Part shown: piece after piece, positions 21,283 to 31,937 of the stretch
Numbering within the stretch: the first letter of the stretch is position 1
Layout: every line of letters starts with the position of its first letter
Origin: an uncultured Planctomycetaceae bacterium
GTDB taxonomy: Bacteria > Planctomycetota > Planctomycetia > Planctomycetales > Planctomycetaceae
DNA: 64,000 nucleotides
NCBI GenBank assembly: GCA_963815195.1
Contig: CAWFGE010000013.1
Location: 672,001-736,000, forward strand
Reading direction: 5' to 3'
Notes under the pieces: model-generated
What the model saw: the letters and a program-made list of their open reading frames with translations, nothing else
Database searches by the model: none
Told to the model about the DNA's origin: nothing
Program-made: the position numbers and the translations under genes

Positions 21283-23208
21283 GTTTTCAAGCCTCGTGTC
21301 CTGCCTGTGGTTCGCCGGTTCAGTTTGATGTGGCCAATTCGGTGGTCACCATCTGCCCGAGTTGCCATTCCGCCGTAGGGCGGGCGGACGGAAAACTCGA
21401 AAACCTGGGCAAAGTGGCGGATCTCGCCGAGACTGACTCGCCGTTCCAATGCGGGCTGCGGGGGAAGTTCAAAGGCGTGCCGTTTGAAATCACCGGCCGG
21501 TCGCAAATCCGCCACTCGGCGGGCGGGGTCTGGGACGAATGGTACGTCGCGTTCCGCGGCGGGCAGCGGTGGGGCTGGCTCGCGGAAGCCCAGGGCCGAT
21601 ACTATTTGACCTTCGAGCACGAGCTGCCGCCCAATCACGAAATCCCCCCGCTGTCGGAACTCGACATCGAAGACACGATCGCCATCCCCAAAATGGGCCA
21701 GATGAAAATCATCGAGATCGGCGAAGGCACGGTCGTTTCGGGCGAAGGCGAAATCCCCTGGGCCCTGAAGCCCGGCGAAGTCGTCGAGTTCGCGGACCTC
21801 TCCGGCGGCGGGCGGAAGTTCGGCACGCTCGATCAGAGCCACGGGCAGTTGTCGTTCTACGCCGGGGGCGAAGTCACGCTGCACGAGTTGGGCCTCGAGT
21901 CCGCCGCGTCTCGCGAACGGGAAGCCCGCATCGTCGCCGCCGCCCAGGTCAACTGCCCCAAGTGCGGCGGGCCTTTGGAGACTCCAAGCCCCCGATCAAA
22001 CCCTCCGCGTGGCGTGCCCGTTTTGCGGTTCGATGCTCTCCTGCGATCATGGCAATTTGAAATTCCTCCAGGCCCTCGGCAAAAAGAAAATCGAACCGGT
22101 CCTGCCGCTGGGCTCCAAAGGCGTGTTCGATCCCGAAGTCGTCCACACCGATTGGGAAGAGCCGCAGGAACTGACCGTCATCGGCTTTATGCAGCGAAAA
22201 GTGACTTACGAGGGCATCGATTACAGCTGGCACGAATACCTGCTCTACAAACCCCGGTTGCCGTTTTACTGGCTGATCGATAACGACGGCCATTGGAGCT
22301 TCGGCCAGTCGGTGCCGGCGGGCGATGTGAAGGCGGGCCCTCAGGAAGCCTATTATTCCGGGACGGGCTTCAAGATTTTTGACCGCAGCGAGCCGGTGGT
22401 GGCGTATGTGCTCGGCGAGTTTTATTGGGAAGTCAACATGGGCGAGAAGGTGAAGTCCGCCGACTACATCCACCCGCCGGACATGCTCTCCCGCGAGACG
22501 AATCAGAACCCGAGCCCCGGCCCCAACAAAAGCCCCAACGCCAAGCGCGACAAGAAAAACCGCGAGATCAACTACACCGTCAGCCGGTATGTGCCGGTCG
22601 AGGAAATCGAAAAAGCCTTCGGCCGGGACGACCTGCGGACGCCGGTGTCCGTCGCCCCCAACCAGCCGTATCCCCACAAGGACATTTACAAATACTGGGG
22701 CCTGATGTGCGCGGCGGCGTTGTTTTTGGTGCTCGTTGTGTACGGCACCAGCGAAAGGCGTTTGGTTTACGGAAACAGCCGGACCTTTTCCTTCCAGCCC
22801 GGGGCTTCCAAGGAGGTGCTCACCGAACCGTTTCAGCTCGAAGGCGGAGACAATATCGCCGTGGGCGTGAACTGCTTTCAGTGGGTCTATCTTGACGGCG
22901 AGTTCATCAACGAAAAAGGCGAAGTCCCGGCGAACGGGAAATTCGGCGTCTCGTCGGGAAAGAAGGTGTATCTGGAAGCTCTGCCCGCCGGGACCTATAA
23001 GATGCGGTTCAACACCAAGTGGAAAACGATGACCTCGCCCAGCCCGAGTTTCACCGTGGAAGTCCGCCAGGACGTGCCGCACTTCTCGCAAATGTTTTGG
23101 CTAGGGGTGGGAGTGATGGTGTTGCCCATCGGCGTAATAATTCATCACGTGACCTTCAACGCCCGCCGCTGGCAGGAAAGCGATTACAGCCCGTTTCAAA
23201 CCGAATGA
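21279..23208 (+). CDS. Tandem zinc-ribbon + DUF4178 membrane protein (frameshift near 21981)
   Basis: CPACG...CPSCH then G-x-W-D-E-W-Y...WGWLAEAQG; CPKCG...CPFCG then YSWHEYLLY...WLIDNDGHW...VLGEFYW; two TM helices near the C-terminus. GTGA overlap with speD. Confidence 0.85.
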
Positions 23209-23280
23209 CCAAATCCCAAATCCCAAATCCCAATGACCAATGACCAATTTCAGTAGTATCAAAGTCGTATCAAAAACGTA

Positions 23281-23350
23281 TGAGCCGCGCACGAAGTAAG
23301 CGGTGTTGGACTTCGGGAATCTGAAGACCGCTGACTTCGTGCGCGGCTCA
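23281..23350. repeat. REP-doublet family A, copy 1, nested in heptamer arrays
   Basis: tgagccgcgcacgaagtaagcggt...accgctgacttcgtgcgcggctca, flanked by (aatgacc/aaatccc)n and tggtcattggggttttgggg. Confidence 0.9.
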
Positions 23351-23415
23351 AGAAACCTCCAATGGTCATTGGGGTTTTGGGGCTTGGAACTTTTCCCCAA
23401 CCAGGGGCATAAAGC

Positions 23416-23607
23416 ATGTTGACGAAAATCTATATGGGTTTAGGAATCCTGGCGTTGGGATTCTATGCGTTTTCCACCTTTTTCGGGTGGGAATTTGGCA
23501 GTACGAAACTAAGTTCCTCGCCGCCCAGCAACTACACGTCGAGCGGACGCAGTTCCGGTGGCGGGGGGTTCTTCTTTGGCGGCGGCGGATTTGGAGGAGG
23601 AAAGTAA
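23416..23607 (+). CDS. 63-aa membrane-anchored Ser/Gly-rich peptide
   Basis: N-terminal hydrophobic helix; tail SSGRSSGGGGFFFGGGGFGGGK*; TAATG overlap with the DUF350 gene. Confidence 0.85.
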   Translation: MLTKIYMGLGILALGFYAFSTFFGWEFGSTKLSSSPPSNYTSSGRSSGGGGFFFGGGGFGGGK

Positions 23608-23924
23608 TGCTGGATCGACTTGCGATGGCCATTCACTCGTGGACGCTCAATCTGCCGTTGTTCGCGGCGGAGGGCGATGTTCCCGCGACGCCCCAACCGA
23701 CGGCGGACTCGCTCAGCAGAATCGCCGGGCCCCTCTTGATGGCCGTGATCTTTACGCTGGTGGGCATGGTGCTGTTCGGCCTCTCTATCTGGGTGATCGT
23801 CAAACTCGCCCCGTTCTCGGTGCAAAAAGAAATCGAGGAAGACCAGAACACGTCGCTGGGCATCATCATGGGCTCCATCATCCTGGGCATCGCTTTGATC
23901 CTCGCCGCCGCCATTCAAGGTTGA
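23607..23924 (+). CDS. DUF350-family small membrane protein
   Basis: Two TM helices separated by PFSVQKEIEEDQNTSLGI; RBS ggagg. Confidence 0.85.
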   Translation: MLDRLAMAIHSWTLNLPLFAAEGDVPATPQPTADSLSRIAGPLLMAVIFTLVGMVLFGLSIWVIVKLAPFSVQKEIEEDQNTSLGIIMGSIILGIALILAAAIQG

Positions 23925-24048
23925 AGCAGAGAGCCCAGAGCGGAGAGCCGGAAAGAACTCGCACGCGTTTTCACATCGCTCCCCCTTTGTCCGGATTTTT
24001 CCCTTTGCGGCCCCTGCGGCCTGTGTGGCCTCTGTGGCCTTTTGAAAT

Positions 24049-25637
24049 ATGATCCCGACCGACGACGAACCGGAACCGCCCGCTCCCGACGACTCCGCCG
24101 AGTGGGACCTCGCCCGATTGCACCCGAAAACCCGCCGCCGAAACTGCACACGCCGGCTTTGTTTTTGAACGTGTTCATCATTGCGATCTGCGGGCTGGTG
24201 TATGAACTCGTGGCCGGGACTTTGTCCAGTTACGTGCTGGGCGATTCCGTCACGCAGTTCTCGCTGTGCATCGGGATCTATCTCTCCGCGCTCGGCATTG
24301 GAGCCTGGCTGTCCGGCTTCATCGAAAAATCCCTCGCTAAAACTTTCATCGAAGTCGAGCTCGGCGTGGCCTTGTTGGGCGGCATCTCGGCGCCTTTGCT
24401 CTTTATCAGCTTCGCCCGCGTCGGCGGCTGGTTCTCCGTGCTCTTATACGGGCTGGTGCTCGGCATCGGCACGCTCGTCGGGTTGGAATTGCCGCTGTTG
24501 ATGCGGATCCTCAAAGAGAACCTGGACTTCAAAGAACTCGTCTCGCGCGTATTGACCTTCGATTACATCGGGGCCTTGGTCGGGTCGCTGCTGTTCCCGA
24601 TTCTGCTGTTGCCCAAGATGGGCCTGATCCGCACCTCGCTGTTATTTGGGATGATGAATGCCCTCGTCGGATTGTGGGGCACCTGGCTCTTGAAGCCGCT
24701 TTTGAGCGGACGATCCTGGGGCTTAAGGCTGCGGGCCGGTTTGACGCTCTGCCTGTTGATCGCGGGGTTCCTTTTTGCCGACCGGTTGACGACGCTTGCG
24801 GAAGAGCGGCTGTATCCGAACCCGGTCGTGTATGCGACGCAATCCCCTTACCAGCGGATCGTTGTGACCCGCGCGGGCAAGGACTTTCAGCTTTGGCTCA
24901 ACGGCAAGTTGCAATTCGACAGCCACGATGAATACCGCTACCACGAGGCCTTGGTGCATCCCGCCATGCTCGCCGCGGGCCGCCGGCACAAAGTTCTGGT
25001 CTTGGGCGGCGGCGACGGGCTGGCGCTTCGGGAGATTCTCAAATATCCCGAGGTCGAATCGGCCACGCTGGTTGATTTGGATCCGGCGATGACTTCCCTT
25101 TCGCAAAACTTCCCGCCGCTGGCCGAGCTCAATCAGCACGCCTTCGCGGATCCCCGCGTCACGGTGGTGAACGAAGATGCGATGATCTGGCTGGAAACGG
25201 TGACGGATCGGTTTGACGTGGTGATCATCGATTTCCCGGATCCCAACAACTTCGCGCTGGGCAAGCTCTACACGCGGCGGTTTTACCGGATGCTCAAAGA
25301 GCGGTTGGCTCCCGAGGGGGCGGTGGGGATTCAATCGACCTCGCCGCTGTTTGCCCGCAAGGCGTTCTGGTGCATTCAGCACACGCTGGAAGCCGGGGGC
25401 TTTGTGACGCACCCCTATCAGGTCGCGGTGCCGTCGTTCGGTTTGTGGGGCTTCGGCCTGGCGAAGCGGCACCCGTTTTCCCCGCCCAGGAGCTTGCCCG
25501 AGGGTCTGTCTTTCAAATACCTGACGCCCGAGTTGCTCTCGGCTCTGTTCGTGTTGCCTGCCGACATTGCGAGGGTGGACACCGAAGTCAACCGCCTCGA
25601 CAACCAGATCCTCGTGCGGTATTACGAACGATATTGA
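24049..25637 (+). CDS. speE: Membrane-anchored polyamine aminopropyltransferase (spermidine synthase-like); probable frameshift near 24114
   Basis: Multi-TM N-domain (CGLVYEL...GDSVTQFS...DYIGAL), then [47 protein letters not shown]. The likely start ATG 24049 (MIPTDDEPE...) is one base out of frame. Confidence 0.9.
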
Positions 25638-25727
25638 GGGAGCGGGTCCCGTCCAAAAAACCGAAATCCGAAACAATTCCAAAACCTGAATGACCGAAAC
25701 GCCCAGGGATGACGTTGGTTTGGACTC

Positions 25728-25931
25728 TACCGCGAACCGGTTACACATTAAAGCCCAGGGTCGCGCAGCGCACCCTGGGTCATCGGAATCACAAGAGCAC
25801 TTTACGCCGAAGGCGTTATACAACACTTTTGTCTAACGCCTTCGGCGTATGGTTTAACATGGAACCCGGAACCCAGGGTGGCGCGGCTGCGCCGCTGACC
25901 CTGGGCTTTGTTATATAACGTCTTCGGCGTA
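25728..25931. repeat. Composite REP-like inverted-repeat cluster
   Basis: aaagcccagggtc...accctgggt, tacgccgaaggcgtta/taacgccttcggcgta, acccagggt...gaccctgggcttt. Confidence 0.85.
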
Positions 25932-26100
25932 CAATCGTGCTACCTCACCACTCAGCACGTCGCTGCCCTCTGCCATTCGCCCACTTCATATTCAGGAATA
26001 ATCCCAGGCTGCGGAAAACTCTCCTGCACGAGGCCCTTCCGAACGATTATGATGGACTCTGTCGAGCGGAGAAAGGACCGGTTGAATTGAAGATGGACCC

Positions 26101-28320
26101 ATGACGAACGACAAAACGCAACCCATGTCCGAGGAGGAGCAGGCGCTGGCTCAACGGTGGAGCCTGGAGCCTTCGCGCCCGCCGGCCCAGATTCCGGGCT
26201 ATGTGCTGCATCGGCTGTTGGGCACGGGGGCCTTCGGCCAGGTCTGGATGGGCACCGATGAAAACACCGGCCGCAGCGTGGCGATCAAGTTTTACGCCCA
26301 CCGCGGCGGCTTGGACTGGTCGCTGCTTTCACGGGAAGTCGAGAAGCTCGCGTTTTTGTCCTCGGACCGCTATGTGGTGCAGGTCTTGGATGTCGGTTGG
26401 AACGCCGATCCTCCTTACTGCGTGATGGAATACGTCGAGCAGGGCTCGCTGGCGGATTGGCTGGAGTCCGGTGCGGACGTGTCCATCGCGGATGCCGAGC
26501 GGCTGATCCGCCAAATCGCCATCGGCCTGATGCACGCGCACGCCAAAGGGATTTTGCACTGCGATTTGAAGCCCGCGAACGTGCTGTTGGATCAGGATCG
26601 GCAACCCCGGCTCGCGGATTTCGGGCAGGCCCGTTTGTCCTACGAGCAAACGCCCTCCCTGGGGACGCTGTTTTACATGGCCCCGGAGCAAGCCGACCTC
26701 GCAGCGGTGCCCGACGTGCGTTGGGACGTGTACGCCTTGGGGGCGATCATGTTCCGCATGTTGACGGGCTATCCGCCGTATTACACGAGCGAAATGGCGG
26801 AAACGCTCGAGCACATGACGGGCCTCGAAGAACGGCTGACGAAGTACCGGGAGTTGCTCCACGAATCGCCGCGCCTGCATGTGCGAAAAGCCATTCCCGG
26901 CATCGACCGCGAATTGGCGACGATTCTGCATCGCTGCCTCGCGCTCAATCCCCATCACCGCTACGCCAGCGTGCAGGCGGTGCTTTACGATCTGGAAGAG
27001 CGGGCCAGCCGGCGGGCGAGGCGGCCCTTGGTGTGGTTGGGGCTCGTCGGTCCGTTGCTCGTGCTGCTGCTGTCTTCGATCTTCGCCGTGGATTGGATGG
27101 ATACCATCATGGACGATTCCCGCAACGAGATCGTGCGGCGGGCGCTCGAGGGCAACCGCTTCGCGGCCCGGTTGGCGGCGGGGCAGGTGGAAGACGATCT
27201 GGCCCGGCGGTTTGAATTGGTGGAAGACGAGGCCCAAAAGTCGGAACTGAGCCGGCTCGTGTCGAGCGTGGTCAAGTCGCCGGCCTGGCGGGACCGGCTG
27301 AAGCAGATCGCCACGCTGCCGGAAGGCGATCCCCTGCTGGAGACCCAGGAAAAACAGTATCAGGCCGCGGTCGCCGGTCCGCCCGATTCGCCGCCCGCGA
27401 AGCTCGAACATTGGCTGGTCGACTTGGGAAAGGCCCCGCGGTTTTCGCATTCCAACGGGAAGTTGTCCATCGCGAGTTGGCTGGTGTGCGACTCCCGCGG
27501 CGTGTGCTTGGGCCGCTGGCCCCAGAGCGATACCATCGGCCATAACTATGCGTGGCGGGCCTATTTCAACGGCGGCCCGAAAGACCTCCCGCCCGATTGG
27601 CGGCCCGCGAAGCCCGGAGATCTCAAGGTCGTCGACAAGCCGTCTCTCTCGCCGGTGTTTCTGAGCCAGGCGAGCAATCGCTGGATCGTCGGCGTTTCCA
27701 GCCCGATCCGCGAGGACGGGGAAATTCTCGGCGTGTTGACGATGACGTTCGCGGTGGGGGAGATCATCGACCTTCCCGAAGCCCAGTTTCAAATCCCGGT
27801 CCTGGTCAACAAAACCTCCGAGCAGCATCCGGGCATCATTCTGGAACATCCGCTTTACGAAAAGGACCACCACGTCGCCGGGCAGTACACGGATCCCAAA
27901 TTTCGGCTCTTGCCGGAAGATTATCCCGACACTCCGGAGCGCCGGGAGAGCTACCACGACCCCATGGCGAAAGCCCAAGACGGCCGGGACTACCAGGGCC
28001 GCTGGCTCGCGGAAATGGTTCCCGTCCGCGTCCATGCGCAGAACACCGGCTGGGTGGTCATCGTGCAGGAGGCCTATGACGATGTCATCGGCAAACCTTT
28101 CCAGAACACCCGGCGGGAATTGCTCTGGCTCGGCATTCGGTCGCTCGCGGTGGGCGTGGGCGTCTCCGCGTTCGTCTGGTTCGTGCTGATCCGCCAGGTC
28201 GTGAAGCGGCAACATCTCCAGCGGCGGCGGTTTGAGATTCTGGGCGGGACCACGTCCTCATCCGCCGGCACATGGACGTCGGGATCGGGGGCCGGCTCCA
28301 CGGAGGAACCGCCCCCATGA
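26101..28320 (+). CDS. Hanks-type Ser/Thr receptor kinase with two TM helices and a Cache-like extracytoplasmic domain
   Basis: LGTGAFGQV, VAIK, HCDLKPAN, DFG, YMAPE, DVYALG; TM; IGHNYAWRAYF...LSPVFLSQAS...VSSPI...ILGVL (Cache-like); TM; Ser/Thr/Gly tail. Confidence 0.9.
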   Translation: MTNDKTQPMSEEEQALAQRWSLEPSRPPAQIPGYVLHRLLGTGAFGQVWMGTDENTGRSVAIKFYAHRGGLDWSLLSREVEKLAFLSSDRYVVQVLDVGWNADPPYCVMEYVEQGSLADWLESGADVSIADAERLIRQIAIGLMHAHAKGILHCDLKPANVLLDQDRQPRLADFGQARLSYEQTPSLGTLFYMAPEQADLAAVPDVRWDVYALGAIMFRMLTGYPPYYTSEMAETLEHMTGLEERLTKYRELLHESPRLHVRKAIPGIDRELATILHRCLALNPHHRYASVQAVLYDLEERASRRARRPLVWLGLVGPLLVLLLSSIFAVDWMDTIMDDSRNEIVRRALEGNRFAARLAAGQVEDDLARRFELVEDEAQKSELSRLVSSVVKSPAWRDRLKQIATLPEGDPLLETQEKQYQAAVAGPPDSPPAKLEHWLVDLGKAPRFSHSNGKLSIASWLVCDSRGVCLGRWPQSDTIGHNYAWRAYFNGGPKDLPPDWRPAKPGDLKVVDKPSLSPVFLSQASNRWIVGVSSPIREDGEILGVLTMTFAVGEIIDLPEAQFQIPVLVNKTSEQHPGIILEHPLYEKDHHVAGQYTDPKFRLLPEDYPDTPERRESYHDPMAKAQDGRDYQGRWLAEMVPVRVHAQNTGWVVIVQEAYDDVIGKPFQNTRRELLWLGIRSLAVGVGVSAFVWFVLIRQVVKRQHLQRRRFEILGGTTSSSAGTWTSGSGAGSTEEPPP

Positions 28321-30099
28321 CCGACCTCATCGCCCAAGGAGCCCAACCGCACCAGCGTTGGCGGCACGAACTGCCCGTCGATCGCCCCGTGGTCTTGGGC
28401 CGTTCGATGGGACCTTGGGGCGTGCCTTGGGATTCGCACATCTCCCATCGCCACGCCGAGTTGGTCTGGAACGGGAAGACTTTGGACGTCCGTCGGATCG
28501 CCACGGCGGTCAATCCGATCTTCATCCACGGGCAGCAGACGGACCATTGCGAACTCGAAGCGGGGCGGCATTTCGTCATCGGGCACACGACGTTCACGCT
28601 CGTGGAAGAAGACGTGGAGATGGCCGAGAAGCTGTCGGAGCCTTCGCGCGAGCAATCCTTCAGCCCGCAGTATCTCCGCCGGGCGAAATATCGCCACGCC
28701 AGCGAGCGGATCGACGTGCTCAGCCGGCTGCCGCAGTTGATCACCGACGCCACCAACGAAACGACGCTGTTTTCGAGCCTGGTGAACCTGCTGTTGGCGG
28801 GCATTCCCCGCGCGGACGCCGTCGCCTTGGTCGCGGCTTCGCCCGACGAAAAGGCCGAGCAGCGGGTGCATCTTTTGCATTGGGACCGCCGGCGGTTGTT
28901 GGGCGGCCGGTTCCGGCCGAGCGAGCGGTTGATCCTCAAGTCCGCCCGCAGCCAGCAGAGCGTCCTGCACGTGTGGTCGGCTTCGGACCGCCCGTCCGAG
29001 TTCACCGCCAGCGAGGACATGGATTGGGCCTTCTCGTCGCCCGTGCCTTCGGCGAGTTGTCCGAACTGGTGCATTTATGTGGCGGGCAGTTTTGGCGAGC
29101 ACATTTCCGGGGCCGGCTTGGATTCCGAACCGGCCGACCTGCAAGACGATTTGAAATTCACGGAACTCGTCGCCTCGGTGTTGGGCTCGCTTTGGCAGCT
29201 CGAAAACCCTCGAACGCCGGAACGCCAGCTTCAGCCAATTCTTTTCGCCGGCCGTGCTCGCGGCGCTCAGCGAAACCGATCCCGAGGTCGTGCTCACCCC
29301 GCGGGAAACGGAAGTCACCGTCCTGTTCTGCGATCTGCGGGGATTCTCGAAAGCCTCCGAGGAATCCGCCAACGACCTGAAAGGCCTGTTGGACCGCGTG
29401 AGCCAGGCCTTGGGCGTTTCCACGCATCACATCCTCGAGCACGGGGGCGTGGTCGGGGATTTTCAAGGCGATGCCGTGATGGGCTTTTGGGGCTGGCCCG
29501 TCCCGCAGAAAGACCGCCTGGTCCGCGTGTGCCGCGCGGCTTTGGGCATCCGCCGGCAAATGGAAGTCGTCGCCCAGCGGGACAACCACCCACTCGCCGG
29601 CTTCCAAATGGGCGTCGGCATCGCCACCGGCCGGGCGATGGCGGGCAAGATCGGCACCGCGGACCAGGTCAAAGTCACCGTGTTCGGCCCCGTCGTCAAT
29701 CTCGCCTCCCGTTTGGAAGGCATGACGAAAATCCTCCGGGCGCCGATCCTCGTCGATGAACTCACCGCGAAACTCATCCATGAGCAAACGCAAACCGACC
29801 AGGTCCGGCTGCGGCGGATCGCCCGCGTCAAACCCTACGGCATGGAGAACGCGCTCAACGTTACCGAACTCCTGCCGCCCGAGTCCGAATACCCTGCCCT
29901 CTCGGACCAGGACATCGACTACTACGAAGCCGCGGAGGAAGCCTTCGTCTTGGGCGATTGGTCGTTGGCGTTTGCCCTGTTGGACCGCGTTCCCACCGAC
30001 GACCGGGTGAAGGATTTCCTGCTCGTCCGCATCGCCGAGTCCAACCGCCAACCGCCCCCGAACTGGACCGGCGTCATCGACCTGGCGAGCAAACGCTAA
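28317..30099 (+). CDS. FHA-GAF-class III nucleotidyl cyclase (frameshift near 29204)
   Basis: VVLGRS...DSHISHRHA (FHA); GAF-like middle; TVLFCDLRGFS, GDFQGDAVM, GVGIATG, TVFGPVVNLASRLE. ATGA overlap with the kinase. Confidence 0.88.
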
Positions 30100-30234
30100 A
30101 CGACCGGAGAGCACGACGCCAAAAAACAACTCGCCGAATGGGACAGCGGGGACTATCGGAACGCCTTGAAATACGCACTCGATCGGTTGAGCCAGAATTA
30201 AGCCGACTGGACGCAATCTCAAAGTGACGATGCG

Positions 30235-30705
30235 TCAGCTTTTGTCGCGTTTGAGGATCAACAAGAATTGGCCCTTCACCGTTTCAAACGTTTTGGGCCG
30301 TTCGCGCCGGGCGACGCACCAGTACAGCGTGTCTTTTTCCAGCTTGTAGATGCCGATCCACGTTTCTTTTCTGCCGCGAGCGTTCGTTTTTAGGCCGTCC
30401 AGGTGCACTGGATTGGCTTTGAGGTCCAGCGAATAAGACCCTTCGCCGTGGTCGATCGACTCGCCGCCCTTGAACTCGGTGCCTTTGATCTTTTCCCGGG
30501 TGATGGAGAGTTCCAATTTGACGGGACCCTCGTCGGGCTTCTCTCCTTTGCCTTCCACGGCAAACCCGCGCCAGACCCCGGACAGATTCTTGCGTGCTTG
30601 AGCCTCGGCGGACGAAAGCGGTTCCGCCCCTCTGGCATGCCCCACACCGATGAGAACAGCAAATGCAACACACGCGACCCAATGATGAGTGAATTGTTTC
30701 ACCAT
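30235..30705 (-). CDS. TIGR03067-like exported planctomycete protein
   Basis: Signal peptide; LSGVW...YSLDLKANPVHLD...GIYKLEKDTLYWC...RPKTF...LKR. Confidence 0.8.
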   Translation of the reverse strand: MVKQFTHHWVACVAFAVLIGVGHARGAEPLSSAEAQARKNLSGVWRGFAVEGKGEKPDEGPVKLELSITREKIKGTEFKGGESIDHGEGSYSLDLKANPVHLDGLKTNARGRKETWIGIYKLEKDTLYWCVARRERPKTFETVKGQFLLILKRDKS

Positions 30706-30775
30706 CTCTCCCCTTTCGCGGATCGGCCACTGTCCAAAGATCGAAACATAAGCGCCAAGCACAAAATGGTTTCTC

Positions 30776-31753
30776 TCAAAACAGATGGTAGGCTTTCTTG
30801 TCCCAGGCGTCTGCCAACTCGGGATCTTTCGCTCGCCTGAGCAAATCGTAGTAGCTGTAGGGATACTTAAAGACATGCCCGATGCCCAGCGCGTGGTCGC
30901 CGCGCTTTTCCCAGTATTTTTTGTCCTTGGGCCTGAGTGGGCTCGGCTTGTGATCGGGAAACCGCCGATCCTTCGGTCCCGGACCTTGCCGGGTGACGGT
31001 GACATACTTGCGAAATGCCGTCCGGCAACTCTCCGCCAACTCGACGTCTCCCATTGCGGCCAGTTCGATGAGAGCCTGCCCGAACGTCAGCATGTGCCCT
31101 GCGAATCCCTGCCCGAATCCGACGAAACGATCAATCGAGGCCAGAGCTTCTTTCAAGACGAATCTCGAGGCGGCTTGCGATTCGGCGAACGGCGGCGGAT
31201 CGACCTTCGGGTCGGGCTTTTCATCCCGCCAGGGTGTGAATGACCGGATCAGGCGGCAAACCCCATCGATCCGCTCGGGGGTCGCGGCACTCGGCAGGAG
31301 ACGGAAGGCCCGGATCGCCAGCATCGCGAAAATGGCATTGTGCCCGACTTGCCTTAACACCTCGCCCCCTTCACGGAGGGCATCGCCAATTTTCGAGATG
31401 CCCTTTTCGTTCGCTTCGGTTTCCGGAAACGGGGCGCACAACTTCGTGGACGACCAATTCAGATTAAAAAGTTCCACAATCCGCGAGTGGGCGGCCTCAT
31501 CCAATTTGTTCTCGACGCAGAGCAGATGGGCCGCCACCAAACTGGCCCCGCGATGCCCGTCCGCGAAGTAGTTCATTCCGGGGGACCGCGCAAGAGCGTT
31601 GAGTCCCAACAGGACCAGCCCTTTATCCGTTTTGTCCTGTTCCGCTGGCGGTGGATCGGCTGCCAATTCATAACCGAGCGGTCCCATCAAAAGGCCAGCG
31701 ATGCCGGCCGATGTCTGGATCGAAAAGTCCCTGCGGTTCAGATGGCTTTCCAT
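30776..31753 (-). CDS. Tat-exported helical hypothetical protein
   Basis: LNRRDFS twin-Arg leader; RBS ggagg; four spaced GH motifs. Confidence 0.75.
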   Translation of the reverse strand: MESHLNRRDFSIQTSAGIAGLLMGPLGYELAADPPPAEQDKTDKGLVLLGLNALARSPGMNYFADGHRGASLVAAHLLCVENKLDEAAHSRIVELFNLNWSSTKLCAPFPETEANEKGISKIGDALREGGEVLRQVGHNAIFAMLAIRAFRLLPSAATPERIDGVCRLIRSFTPWRDEKPDPKVDPPPFAESQAASRFVLKEALASIDRFVGFGQGFAGHMLTFGQALIELAAMGDVELAESCRTAFRKYVTVTRQGPGPKDRRFPDHKPSPLRPKDKKYWEKRGDHALGIGHVFKYPYSYYDLLRRAKDPELADAWDKKAYHLF

Positions 31754-31937
31754 GAAACACACCTCCAACGAACGAAGCGGCAAACGGGCGAATTCCAACA
31801 ATTGCATTATCAGCGTACGGAACCGGATTCGCCAGTGAGCAGACTCGTTTTTGAACCGCCCAGCCCGCGGAAGTTGAACCGTCCCGGACTCTGGAGTATC
31901 GTCGAAAGCATCCTTTCACATCCTCAGCGAGGCCGCG

